Source of the DNA: Rhodospirillales bacterium BBD 1991-14
GTDB taxonomy: Bacteria > Pseudomonadota > Alphaproteobacteria > Kiloniellales > Kiloniellaceae
Assembly: GCA_001657395.1 (NCBI GenBank)
Contig: LYSY01000012.1
Location: 18,909-82,908 of the forward strand
Direction of reading: 5' to 3'
DNA length: 64,000 nt
Shown here one piece after another: positions 25,891 through 34,541 of this stretch; position 1 is the first letter of the stretch, and every line of letters begins with the position of its first letter. The position numbers and the translations under genes are program-made. The notes beneath the pieces were generated by a model. The model had not been told where the DNA came from. It did not search any database and was given only the letters and a program-made list of their open reading frames with translations.

Positions 25891-27111
25891 ATGGCCGATG
25901 ATCAGGCCGCGCCGCGGGGGCCGCAGGACTTCGAGAAGGTCCTCGACAAGAGCGCAACCGAGGTCGCATCCTTTGACGTGCGCGACAAGTCTGCGCTCGT
26001 ACGCTTCCACTACTTCCTGCACGCCAACCCGACCGCTGCGCCGGTCGTGGTCCTGATGGTGAGCTGTATCGTCTTCGGCGTGATCGCCAACAACTTCTTC
26101 TCGGCCTTTAACCTGTCGCTGATCATTCAGCAGGTGACGATCATCGGCATCCTGGGTGCGGCCCAGACCCTGGTGATTCTCACCGCGGGCATCGACCTCA
26201 GCGTCGCCGCGGTGATGGTGCTGAGCTACATGGTGATGGCGCGCCTTGCGGTGCAGGGCGATGTCCCCTCGCTACTCGCCGTGATCATCGGCCTGGCCGT
26301 CGGCCTTGCCTGCGGGCTCTTCAACGGCAGCCTGGTCACGCGCACCCGCCTGCTGCCGGTGGCTGTGGCGGTGCTGAGCTGGGTGCTGCTCTACAGCTTC
26401 GGCCTGCCGCTGATCTATATCGTGCCGATCGGCATGATTGCGGCCCTGGCCGTCGGCTGGTTCAGCCTCGGCCCGGCGCTGGAGGTGCGTCTGCCGCCCT
26501 TTATCGTCACCCTCGGCGCATGGTCGATCTTCTTTGCCCTGAACCTCTGGTATTCGGAATCGGAGACCATCCGCAGCCAGGACATCGACGCCGCCGCACC
26601 CTTGCTGAAGGTCTTCGGGCTGCGCGTGGAAATTCTGGGGGCGCAGTTCACCCTGGGCTCCTTTCTGATGATCGGGATCTTCACCGTCCTCTGGTATGCC
26701 CTCACCTGGACTGCCTGGGGGCGTGCGGTCTATGCCGTCGGCGACGACAAGGAGGCCGCGGAGCTGTCCGGCATCCGCACCGACCGGGTCCTGCTTTCGG
26801 TCTACGGCGTTGCCGGCCTGCTCTGCGCCATCGGCGGCTGGGCGGCTATCGGGCGCGTCGGCTCCGCCTCGCCGCAGTCGTTCTACGAGGCCAACCTGGA
26901 TGCCATCACTGCAGTGGTGATCGGCGGCACCTCGCTGTTCGGCGGCAGGGGGGCGATCTTCGGCACGCTCTTCGGCGCGCTCATCGTCGGTGTGTTCCGC
27001 TCCGGCCTCAAGCTGGGCGGCGTCGATGTGCTCTGGCAGACCTTCGCCGTGGGGCTGCTGATCATCGTCGCCGTCGCCATGGACCAGTGGATCAGGAGGG
27101 TCAGCGCATGA
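25891..27111 (+). CDS. frcC: Sugar ABC transporter permease (FrcC-like, RbsC/AraH family)
   Basis: About 10-TM profile with family-typical VIGGTSLFGGRGAIFGTLFGALIVG. Start set at ATG 25891 (GGAGG upstream) within ORF 25798..27111. The symbol is tentative. Confidence 0.88.
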   Translation: MADDQAAPRGPQDFEKVLDKSATEVASFDVRDKSALVRFHYFLHANPTAAPVVVLMVSCIVFGVIANNFFSAFNLSLIIQQVTIIGILGAAQTLVILTAGIDLSVAAVMVLSYMVMARLAVQGDVPSLLAVIIGLAVGLACGLFNGSLVTRTRLLPVAVAVLSWVLLYSFGLPLIYIVPIGMIAALAVGWFSLGPALEVRLPPFIVTLGAWSIFFALNLWYSESETIRSQDIDAAAPLLKVFGLRVEILGAQFTLGSFLMIGIFTVLWYALTWTAWGRAVYAVGDDKEAAELSGIRTDRVLLSVYGVAGLLCAIGGWAAIGRVGSASPQSFYEANLDAITAVVIGGTSLFGGRGAIFGTLFGALIVGVFRSGLKLGGVDVLWQTFAVGLLIIVAVAMDQWIRRVSA

Positions 27112-27908
27112 GCCAGCAGCCCGTTATGACCGGCCGTGGCCTGACCAAGCGCTATGGCCGTGTCACCGCCATGGACCGTGCCGACTTCGAGATCTTTCCC
27201 GGCGAGGTCCTGGCCATCATCGGCGACAACGGTGCCGGCAAGTCGACCCTCGTCAAGGCGCTCTGCGGCGCCGTGCAGGTCGACGAGGGGGAGATCCGGC
27301 TCGATGGCGAGCCGGTCAACTTCGCCTCGCCGATGGACGCGCGCGACGCCGGCATAGAAACCGTCTACCAGAACCTGGCGCTTTCGCCGGCGCTTTCGAT
27401 CGCCGACAACATGTTCCTCGGCCGGGAGCTTTACAAGGACGGCATTGCCGGCTCGCTGTTCCGGATGCTCGACAAAAAGCGTATGCGCGACTTCGCGCGG
27501 GAGAAGCTGACCGAACTCGGGCTGATGACGGTGCAGTCCATCACCCAGACCGTCGAGACCCTCTCGGGCGGCCAGCGCCAGGGCGTGGCGGTGGCCCGCG
27601 CCGCCGCCTTTGCCACCAAGTTCGTCATCATGGACGAGCCGACGGCGGCCCTCGGCGTCAAGGAGAGCCGCCGCGTGCTGGAGCTGATCCAGGATGTCAG
27701 GGCCCGCGGCATGCCGATCGTTCTGATCTCCCACAACATGCCGCATGTCTTCGAGGTGGCCGACCGCATCCATATTCACCGGCTCAGCCGGCGTCATGCC
27801 GTGATCCGGCCGCAAGACTTCTCCATGTCCGACGCCGTGGCGATCATGACCGGCGCCATGGAGCCGCCGGACGACATCGCCCTGCCGGAGGGCGCAGTTT
27901 TGAACTGA
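27108..27908 (+). CDS. frcA: Sugar ABC transporter ATP-binding protein, single NBD (FrcA-like)
   Basis: Walker A GDNGAGKST, signature LSGGQRQGVAVARA, Walker B FVIMDEPTAAL, H-loop ISHNM. ATGA overlap with the permease. The upstream part of ORF 26520..27908 is out-of-frame overlap with the permease and is rejected. The symbol is tentative. Confidence 0.9.
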   Translation: MSQQPVMTGRGLTKRYGRVTAMDRADFEIFPGEVLAIIGDNGAGKSTLVKALCGAVQVDEGEIRLDGEPVNFASPMDARDAGIETVYQNLALSPALSIADNMFLGRELYKDGIAGSLFRMLDKKRMRDFAREKLTELGLMTVQSITQTVETLSGGQRQGVAVARAAAFATKFVIMDEPTAALGVKESRRVLELIQDVRARGMPIVLISHNMPHVFEVADRIHIHRLSRRHAVIRPQDFSMSDAVAIMTGAMEPPDDIALPEGAVLN

Positions 27909-27952
27909 GTTGGTGAATTAGGACAGTGACTTGACATGAACGATCTCCCTGG

Positions 27953-27977
27953 GGCGGCCGGATCAGGCACGGCCGCC
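27953..27977 (+). terminator. Stem-loop downstream of the ABC ATPase gene (possible weak terminator)
   Basis: GGCGGCCG-gatcaggca-CGGCCGCC: 8-bp GC stem, 9-nt loop, no clear U-tract. Confidence 0.3.
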
Positions 27978-28036
27978 AACCTTGTGGGGTGCGAAGCCAG
28001 GCGACGGGGACCCGCCGCTTCGCGCCCCTCTTCCTT

Positions 28037-28134
28037 GGCCCTGTAACTGCGGCCCTGTAACTGCGGCCCTGTAACTGCGGCCCTGTAACTGCGGCCCTGT
28101 AACTGCGGCCTTGTGACTGTGACCCCATAACTGC
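28037..28134. repeat. 14-bp tandem repeat GGCCCTGTAACTGC, five perfect plus two degenerate units
   Basis: Perfect units start at 28037, 28051, 28065, 28079 and 28093. Degenerate units are 28107-28120 (ggccttgtgactgt) and 28121-28134 (gaccccataactgc). The array ends 13 nt before the kinase start codon. Confidence 0.95.
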
Positions 28135-28147
28135 GGATTTTTGGCGG

Positions 28148-29077
28148 ATGTTTGTTGTTTGTGGCGAGGCGCTCTATGACGTCTTCACCCTGGAGGAAAC
28201 GGACCGGGGATTCACGATGGATGCCCGCATCGGCGGCTCGCCCTTCAATGTGGCGATCGGCCTGGCGCGACTCGGCTGCGACGTTGCCTTTTGCGCGGGG
28301 CTTTCCAGCGATCCCTTGGGCCGCCGGCTGGAACGGCACCTGGAAGCCGAAGGCGTCGACACGCGCTACGTCGTGCGCAAGGACAATCCGACAACCCTTG
28401 CGCTGGTCGCGCTGGGCGGCGGCGGTGAGCCGCATTACAGCTTCTACGGTCACGCCGCGGCGGATCGTGCCGTCACGCCGGCCGACCTGCCCGCGCTGCC
28501 GGAGACCGTACAGGCGATTCATTTCGGTTCCTTCTCTCTGGCGGTCGAGCCCAGCGGTGCATCCTTTCTGGAGCTGGCGCGGCGCGCTGCGGAGAAGCTG
28601 GTTTCCTTCGACCCCAACATCCGCCTGAACGTGGAGCCCGATGCGGCGCTGTGGCGCCAGCGCACTGAAACCTTTACGCAGATCGCCGCGCTGGTGAAGG
28701 TCAGCGTCGAGGACCTCAACATTCTTTTCCCCGAAGAAACGCCGGAGGGCGTTGTCGCGCGCTGGCATGCCAATGGCGTTCAGTTGGTGGTGGTGACACG
28801 GGGTTCGGAGGGGGCGCTGGTCTCCCTGCGCGGAGAGGTCTTCGAGGTGCCGGGCCGGCGGGTGGAGACCGTCGACACCGTGGGCGCCGGCGACACCTAT
28901 CAGGCGGCCCTGCTCTGCGGCCTTGAGCGCCTCGGGAAGGCGAGCAGGGCCGGGCTCGTCGCCTTGTCGATGGCCGAGTGCCGGCGCCTGGTCGACTTCG
29001 CCGGCACGGCGGCGGCGATCACCTGCACGCGGCGCGGTGCCGACATGCCGCATGCGGCGGAGGTGCCGGAAATCTGA
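28148..29077 (+). CDS. PfkB-family carbohydrate kinase (fructokinase-like)
   Basis: N-terminal GEALYD...GGSPFNVAIGLARLG and C-terminal ATP-site motif DTVGAGDTYQAALL. About 309 aa. Confidence 0.88.
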   Translation: MFVVCGEALYDVFTLEETDRGFTMDARIGGSPFNVAIGLARLGCDVAFCAGLSSDPLGRRLERHLEAEGVDTRYVVRKDNPTTLALVALGGGGEPHYSFYGHAAADRAVTPADLPALPETVQAIHFGSFSLAVEPSGASFLELARRAAEKLVSFDPNIRLNVEPDAALWRQRTETFTQIAALVKVSVEDLNILFPEETPEGVVARWHANGVQLVVVTRGSEGALVSLRGEVFEVPGRRVETVDTVGAGDTYQAALLCGLERLGKASRAGLVALSMAECRRLVDFAGTAAAITCTRRGADMPHAAEVPEI

Positions 29078-29428
29078 TCCGCTGAGGCGGCTCTCAGCCG
29101 CCGGGAAGGCTCGTCGGCCTAAAGGATGAGGCCGGCCCATGACGGCACACCTTTAGAGAACTCTCAGCGCATTCTTTCCTGCCGGCCCGGGACAGCTGTC
29201 CCAGAAGAGAACAGGAAATCTTGGGTAGCTGGGACAGCTGCCCGATTTCCAGCATCGCGCCGATCACCGATATCTCTCAGCCGCCGCTTCGCTCCATGGC
29301 CGGGTGCGATGGGGGTTTGGTGCAACCGCGTCGCAGTGACAGCGTTGCCGACTGACCAGGCGCCCGCGAGCTCGGACCACGCCATCCTTACGGACGGCAA
29401 GGGAGCAGAGGATCAAAGGCTGAGGACT

Positions 29429-30913
29429 GTGAAGACCCGGAAATTCCTGACACTTTCTGCGGCCGCTCTGCTGGCTGCGGCACTACCGACTGTACTTCCG
29501 GCGGCCGTTGCGGCCGATCCGGTGGCTGATCTGGCCCCGGTTGCCGGCAGCGACTTCCACGACCATGGCCGGCCCGATCAGGCCAAGGTGCGTCTTGGCC
29601 GCTTCCTGTTCTTCGACAAGGTGTTGAGCGGCAATCGCAACATCGCCTGCGCGACCTGCCACCATCCGACCCTGGCCGCGGCCGACGGTGTGTCGCTTTC
29701 GCTCGGGGAGGGCGCGCGCGGCCTGGGAACGAAGCGCCGCGAAGACCCCGATACGCCGCTGCTCGGCCGTGTGCCCCGCAACGCCCCGGCTTTGCACTTC
29801 GTCGGCGCGCGGGAGTTTACCGCTCTTACCCATGACGGCCGGGTGGAGGTTGACCCGGCACGCACCTGGCCCAGTGGCTTCTGGACCCCGGCGCGCGAGC
29901 AGCTGCCCGAAGGGCTCGACAGTGCCCTGGCGGCGCAGGCCCTCTTTCCCGTGCTCTCGGACATCGAGATGGCGGGTCACAAGGGCGAGAATGCGGTGGC
30001 CGATGCCGTGGCGCTGAACCGCCTCGGCGGCCAGGACGGCGCCTGGGCGATCTTGGCCCGGCGGCTGCAGAAGATCCCCGAGTACGTCGATCTTTTTGTT
30101 GAGGCCTTCCCGGAGGTCGATCACGCCGACGATATCACGATCGTGCAGGCGGCCAACGCGATTGCCGCTTTCCAGGCCGCAGCCTTCCGGCCCGACGACA
30201 GCCCCTTCGACCGCTATCTGCGCAGCCGCGACCCCGCCGTACTTACGCCGGCGGCTCAGCGGGGCATGGCGCTGTTCTATGGAGACGCAGGCTGTGCCGC
30301 CTGCCATAGCGGCAAGTTTCAGACCGACCACCGCTTCCATGCCATTGCCATGCCGCAGATCGGCCCGGGCAAGAGCGACGGCTGGGACCGCTCCTATTGG
30401 CGGGCGACCGGCTATGCCGCCCGGGTCGAGGATTTCGGCCGCTACCGGGTCACCTTTCGACCGGAGGACCGCTACCGTTTCCGCACGCCGTCCCTGCGCA
30501 ACGTCGAGCTGACCGGTCCCTGGGGCCATGCCGGCAGCTACGCCAGCCTGGAGGCGGTCGTGCGCCACCACCTGGATCCGGTCGCTGCGCTCGAAGGCTA
30601 CGATGCCAGAGAGGGCGGGCTTCCCGAATTGCGCAGGGTGATCGAACCCCGGGCCACGGGATCGCGTCTCAGCCACGAGGCCGTCAATCCGGCGCGCCTC
30701 GCGGACTATCTGCGCCGCGACACCTGGGCTCAGGAGACCGCTGCGCTGCGCGAGTCGCTTGCGGAGGCCAACGAGCTGCCGCCGCGCAGCCTGAGCGATG
30801 CCCAGGTCGAGGATCTGCTGGCCTTCCTGCGGGCGCTCACCGACCCGCGCAGCCGCGACCTCACCGCCCTTGTGCCCAGGCGCGTGCCCAGCGGCCTGCC
30901 GGTGCCGGACTGA
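29429..30913 (+). CDS. Di-haem cytochrome c peroxidase / MauG-family enzyme, secreted
   Basis: Two CXXCH motifs (CATCH at 29648-29662, CAACH at 30293-30307), family-typical LGRFLFFDKVLSGNRNIACATCH and FRTPSLRNVELTGPWGHAG. GTG start chosen at 29429 because it begins a signal peptide (VKTRKFLTLSAAALLAAALPTVLPAAVA); the start is uncertain. Confidence 0.85.
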   Translation: MKTRKFLTLSAAALLAAALPTVLPAAVAADPVADLAPVAGSDFHDHGRPDQAKVRLGRFLFFDKVLSGNRNIACATCHHPTLAAADGVSLSLGEGARGLGTKRREDPDTPLLGRVPRNAPALHFVGAREFTALTHDGRVEVDPARTWPSGFWTPAREQLPEGLDSALAAQALFPVLSDIEMAGHKGENAVADAVALNRLGGQDGAWAILARRLQKIPEYVDLFVEAFPEVDHADDITIVQAANAIAAFQAAAFRPDDSPFDRYLRSRDPAVLTPAAQRGMALFYGDAGCAACHSGKFQTDHRFHAIAMPQIGPGKSDGWDRSYWRATGYAARVEDFGRYRVTFRPEDRYRFRTPSLRNVELTGPWGHAGSYASLEAVVRHHLDPVAALEGYDAREGGLPELRRVIEPRATGSRLSHEAVNPARLADYLRRDTWAQETAALRESLAEANELPPRSLSDAQVEDLLAFLRALTDPRSRDLTALVPRRVPSGLPVPD

Positions 30914-30993
30914 GCAATCAGAAGACTGAACGCAAAACTGTCGCCGTTCGTATCCCGCCGCATCCTTTGGACCCTTTGCAGGAGACGTGATCT

Positions 30994-31731
30994 ATGTCCG
31001 TGAAATCCCTTCTTATGACCACCTCGGCCCTTGTGGTGCTGGCGGCTTCCGCAGCGCTTGCCGACAGCAGCGGAGAGCCGAGCACCCAGGTTGCCTACGA
31101 CGCCCCGGTCGCCCTGGAGTTCAATTTCAAGCTCCATGTCGAGGACAATCTCGCCGAGCAGGATGTGCTGATCGAGCGCGAGCCCGGCTCCGGCAAGCTC
31201 TACCGCCCGACCGCCGGCGACAGGGACATGAGCCAGCCGCTCTATGCCGCCGCTGAACCGCTGGAGCACCAGCCCTTCGACGAGACCGCCAACGGCCCCT
31301 GGCCCAAGGGCCGCGCCCTTGGCATCACCCTCGGCGACTGGCTGAGCGCAAAGGGCGAGGCAAGCTATAGTTGCGCGAACGGCGAGGGCAGCCTGACTGC
31401 CGACTTCACCGGCCTCGTGCCGGACGGCGTCTACACCATGTGGCACTTCTTCATGGCATCACCGCCGACCGAGCCTTTCATCGGTACCCACGATCTCCCG
31501 ATCGGCACGCGCGACGGTGCCCAGTCGGTCTTCACCGCAGACAAGTCGGGCAAGGCCCGCTTCGAAGCGGCCTTTAAGCCCTGCCTGCAGCTCACCGGTG
31601 AGCATCTGGCGGCGGGTCTGGCCATCGCCTGGCACAGCGACGGGCAGACCTACGGCGCGCTGCCGGGCGACTTTGCGACGGTGTCCCACGTTCACCTTTA
31701 CGCCGGCCTGCCCAAGCGCAAAGGGCTCTAA
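30994..31731 (+). CDS. Secreted protein of unknown function
   Basis: Signal peptide MSVKSLLMTTSALVVLAASAALA, high GC3 codon usage, two Cys, and several His/Met/Trp clusters (WHFFM, AWHSDG, SHVHLY). I recognise no family. Confidence 0.65.
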   Translation: MSVKSLLMTTSALVVLAASAALADSSGEPSTQVAYDAPVALEFNFKLHVEDNLAEQDVLIEREPGSGKLYRPTAGDRDMSQPLYAAAEPLEHQPFDETANGPWPKGRALGITLGDWLSAKGEASYSCANGEGSLTADFTGLVPDGVYTMWHFFMASPPTEPFIGTHDLPIGTRDGAQSVFTADKSGKARFEAAFKPCLQLTGEHLAAGLAIAWHSDGQTYGALPGDFATVSHVHLYAGLPKRKGL

Positions 31732-31764
31732 AGAGGCGCCACAAAACAGGGTGGAGGCAGTGCA

Positions 31765-31788
31765 GGGCCGGCGCAGACGCGCCGGCCC
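31765..31788. terminator. Perfect 10-bp GC hairpin between convergent genes (possible bidirectional terminator)
   Basis: GGGCCGGCGC-agac-GCGCCGGCCC, followed on + by ttgctgtgtg (weak U-tract). Confidence 0.45.
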
Positions 31789-31807
31789 TTGCTGTGTGGG
31801 TGGGGTG

Positions 31808-32167
31808 TCAGTTGACGATGTTGTAGAGCGCGCGGGCGATCTCGCCTTCCAGCGGGAAGGACAGCATCCCCATGACCGAGTATCCCAGCAGCCAGGGCAT
31901 CAGGTAGAAGCGGATCATGAAGAAGAACCAGGCGACGTAGAGCGGCACCAGGGGGTCCAGCAGGAAGCCCGGCGTGATCGGCCGGAAAACGCGGATGATA
32001 GGGTTGGTCCCCTTCACGAAGACCTTCATGAAAAAGAAGTTCGAGTCTTCCGGCAGGAAGAGGTTCATGGCGACGCGGCCGATCAGCGTCCACATGATCA
32101 CGCCCATCAGATAGTCGAACACGATGACCCAGATGGGAAAGACGGCAAGCGGGTCGGTTATCGTCAC
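31808..32167 (-). CDS. YggT-like small integral membrane protein
   Basis: 119 aa, 3-4 TM. The segment GTNPIIRVFRPITPGFLLDPLVPLYV resembles the YGGT-family loop motif. High GC3; GTG start. Confidence 0.55.
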   Translation of the reverse strand: MTITDPLAVFPIWVIVFDYLMGVIMWTLIGRVAMNLFLPEDSNFFFMKVFVKGTNPIIRVFRPITPGFLLDPLVPLYVAWFFFMIRFYLMPWLLGYSVMGMLSFPLEGEIARALYNIVN

Positions 32168-32183
32168 CTGTTTACGGGTCCTG

Positions 32184-32216
32184 AATAAAAAGGGTGGCGG
32201 AGAAACTCCGCCACCC
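32184..32216 (-). terminator. Rho-independent terminator of the symporter gene
   Basis: On the minus strand: GGGTGGCGGAG-ttt-CTCCGCCACCC (11-bp perfect stem) followed by TTTTTATT. It lies 29 nt after the symporter stop. Confidence 0.85.
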
Positions 32217-32244
32217 CAGTCTACACGCTTTTGCTTGTTTCAGA

Positions 32245-34059
32245 TCAGTGCTTGGCACCGAGGATCGTTTCGCCCGAAGGAATACGAACCTCGTCCACCA
32301 TGTCCTGCACTTCCTGGCTTGGCGCCGGGGTCATCAGGCTGACCACGACCATCGCCACCAGGCTGACCGGCATGCCGATGATGCCGAAGCGCAGGTGGTC
32401 GATGCCCATCCAGGGCGTGCCGCCGGTGTACACGTAGTACAGATAGGCGGAGCCGGCGGCGAAGCCGCAGACCATGCCTGCAACCGCCCCCTGGGTGTTG
32501 GCCCGTTTCCACCAGACCCCCAGCACCAGCGGGAAGAACAGGCCGGAGCAGGCGAAGCAGAACGCCCAGGCCACCGCACCGAGAATACCGGTGAGCTGCA
32601 GGCTGGCGATCAACGCGGCGGCCGCGCCGATCACGATGAGCAGCACGCGGGCAACGATGAGGCGATGCTTGGTATCCGCCTTCGGGTCGATGATCTTGTA
32701 GTAAAGATCGTGGCTCAGCGCGTTGGCGATGGCCAGCAGCAGCCCGTCGGCCGTCGACATGGCCGCGGCCAGACCGCCGGCAGCCACCAGGCCCGAGATC
32801 ACATACGGCAGGCCGGCGATTTCCGGCGTCGCCAGAACGACGATGTCCGGCCGCATGAAGAACTCGTTGAGCTGCAGGATGCCGTCCCCGTTGCTGTCCG
32901 TCAGGAACAGCATGCGCACGCTCTCCCAGTTCTGCACCCAGGCCAGACTCTTCACCGCCTCGAAGGACTGTCCGATGACCGCCGTCGGCAGGGTCGGGTC
33001 CAGCAGCTGCAGCTTCGTCAGCGTGGCCAGGGCCGGCGCCGTGAAGTACAGGAGGAAGATGAAGAACAGCGAATAGGCGACAGACCTGCGCGCGTCCCGC
33101 ACCGACGGTGTGGTGAAGTAGCGCATCAGGATGTGCGGCAGTGAGGCGGTGCCCGCCATCATGCAGAGCGCCAGGGTGACGAACTTCCAGGAGTCCATGC
33201 CACCCTGCGGGTCGTTGTGCGGTGTCGAGAGGATTCTCACGCCGCCGTATGGCGCGCTTTCCGTGGCCGCCGTTCCCAGCCCGACCAGGGGCTCCAGCTC
33301 CTGGATGCGGGCCACCGCATCGCCGTAGGAGAAATGGGGAATGAGGCCGAAGTCCTGTTTGTTCGACATCCAGATGACCGGCACCAGGTAGGCGATGATG
33401 AGGACGATGTACTGGGCGACCTGGGTCCAGGTCACCGCCCGCATGCCGCCGAGCATGGAGCACAGCAGGATGCCGATCAGGCCGATCCAGACGCCGAACT
33501 CGAAGGGAATATGCAGCGCGCGCGCCGCGATGGTTCCCGAGGCGTTGATCTGCGCCGTCACGTAGGTGAAGGAGGTGACGACCAGGATGACGACGGCGCA
33601 GAAGCGCGCGACGTTGCCGCCGTAACGCGTCCCGATGAAGTCCGGCACCGTGTAGCAGCCGAACTTGCGCAGGTAGGGCGCCATCAGCGAGTTGACCAGC
33701 ACGTAGCCGCCCGTCCAGCCGACGATGAAGCCCAGATAGCCGTAGCCGCCGAAGTAGATGCCGCCGGCCAGCGCCACGAAGGAGGCGCCGGACATCCAGT
33801 CCGCCGCCGTCGCCATGCCGTTGTAGACCGCCGGCACTTCGCGGCCGGCCACGTAGTAGGCCTCCACCTGCATGGTCCGCGACAGCCAGCCGATCAGGGC
33901 ATAGATCGCCACGGTGAAGGCGACGAAGAGGATGCCGATGGTGTCGGCACCGACACCCATCTGCTCCAGGATCGCCATCAGCACGATGAAGACGAGGAAC
34001 CCGCCGGTGTACATCGCGTACACGCGGCCGAGGTTTTCAATGAAGCTCCCTTTGATCAT
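32245..34059 (-). CDS. Sodium:solute symporter family (SSF) transporter, VC_2705/ActP-related large subunit
   Basis: 604 aa, about 14 TM. YYVAGREVPAVYNGMATAADWMSGASFVALAGGIY is typical of cation/acetate-type SSF proteins. It lies directly downstream of a DUF4212 small-subunit gene. Confidence 0.9.
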   Translation of the reverse strand: MIKGSFIENLGRVYAMYTGGFLVFIVLMAILEQMGVGADTIGILFVAFTVAIYALIGWLSRTMQVEAYYVAGREVPAVYNGMATAADWMSGASFVALAGGIYFGGYGYLGFIVGWTGGYVLVNSLMAPYLRKFGCYTVPDFIGTRYGGNVARFCAVVILVVTSFTYVTAQINASGTIAARALHIPFEFGVWIGLIGILLCSMLGGMRAVTWTQVAQYIVLIIAYLVPVIWMSNKQDFGLIPHFSYGDAVARIQELEPLVGLGTAATESAPYGGVRILSTPHNDPQGGMDSWKFVTLALCMMAGTASLPHILMRYFTTPSVRDARRSVAYSLFFIFLLYFTAPALATLTKLQLLDPTLPTAVIGQSFEAVKSLAWVQNWESVRMLFLTDSNGDGILQLNEFFMRPDIVVLATPEIAGLPYVISGLVAAGGLAAAMSTADGLLLAIANALSHDLYYKIIDPKADTKHRLIVARVLLIVIGAAAALIASLQLTGILGAVAWAFCFACSGLFFPLVLGVWWKRANTQGAVAGMVCGFAAGSAYLYYVYTGGTPWMGIDHLRFGIIGMPVSLVAMVVVSLMTPAPSQEVQDMVDEVRIPSGETILGAKH

Positions 34060-34072
34060 GTCGGACGTCCCC

Positions 34073-34384
34073 CTATTCGTCGCCGACGCCGGCTTCGTCG
34101 TCGATGGCGTCCTGACGCCAATTCTGGAAGAAAATCAGAATGACGAAGACGATCAGCGAGCCCTGGACGATCAGGTAGTAGCCCAGCGGAAAGCCCAGGA
34201 AGGAGATTTCGTTAAGCGCTTTGGCGTTCCAAGGAAGGATGAAGGCAAAGATCGCCCAGACGACCAGAACTCCGATCGTCAGGTTGCGGGTTTTAGCCCA
34301 ATGACGCTCCTTTGCTTCCTTGCCAATCCCGGGCGCTGATGTTCCCCCAGCGCCGGGGTCTCTTGTGGCTTCAGACATTGTCAT
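34073..34384 (-). CDS. DUF4212-type putative solute:sodium symporter small subunit
   Basis: 103 aa with two TM segments. HWAKTRNLTIGVLVVWAIFAFILPWNAKALNEISFLGFPLGYYLIVQGSLIVFVILIFFQNWRQD matches the DUF4212 pattern. There is a 13-nt gap to the symporter gene. Confidence 0.8.
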   Translation of the reverse strand: MTMSEATRDPGAGGTSAPGIGKEAKERHWAKTRNLTIGVLVVWAIFAFILPWNAKALNEISFLGFPLGYYLIVQGSLIVFVILIFFQNWRQDAIDDEAGVGDE

Positions 34385-34541
34385 TCCCCCAGATGTTTTT
34401 TTCGAAAATGCCCCACTACTTCAACATGGTTGGCGAAGGTTCGCGAGTAGATCATGATTGTACTGGATTGAAAACCTTAGTAGTAGCGATTATGACGTTT
34501 CCGCCGAGTGCAATCATCAAATCGATTAGCGTTTCGCGGCA

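Noticed and set aside
26520-27107. Upstream part of ORF 26520..27908, which would make the ABC ATPase 462 aa
   Set aside because: It overlaps the permease gene out of frame, and its translation is Arg/Pro/Gly-rich. The ATPase domain begins at ATG 27108, which forms an ATGA overlap with the permease stop.
28037-28134. Possibility that the 14-bp repeat array is a CRISPR array
   Set aside because: The units are directly abutting with no spacers, 14 bp is far shorter than CRISPR repeats, and there are no cas genes in the window. It is a simple tandem repeat.
29126-29428. Upstream 101 codons of the di-haem peroxidase ORF
   Set aside because: The translation there has no signal peptide or family similarity. 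A GTG at 29429 starts a canonical signal peptide directly before the conserved core, although the RBS is weak, so the start remains uncertain.
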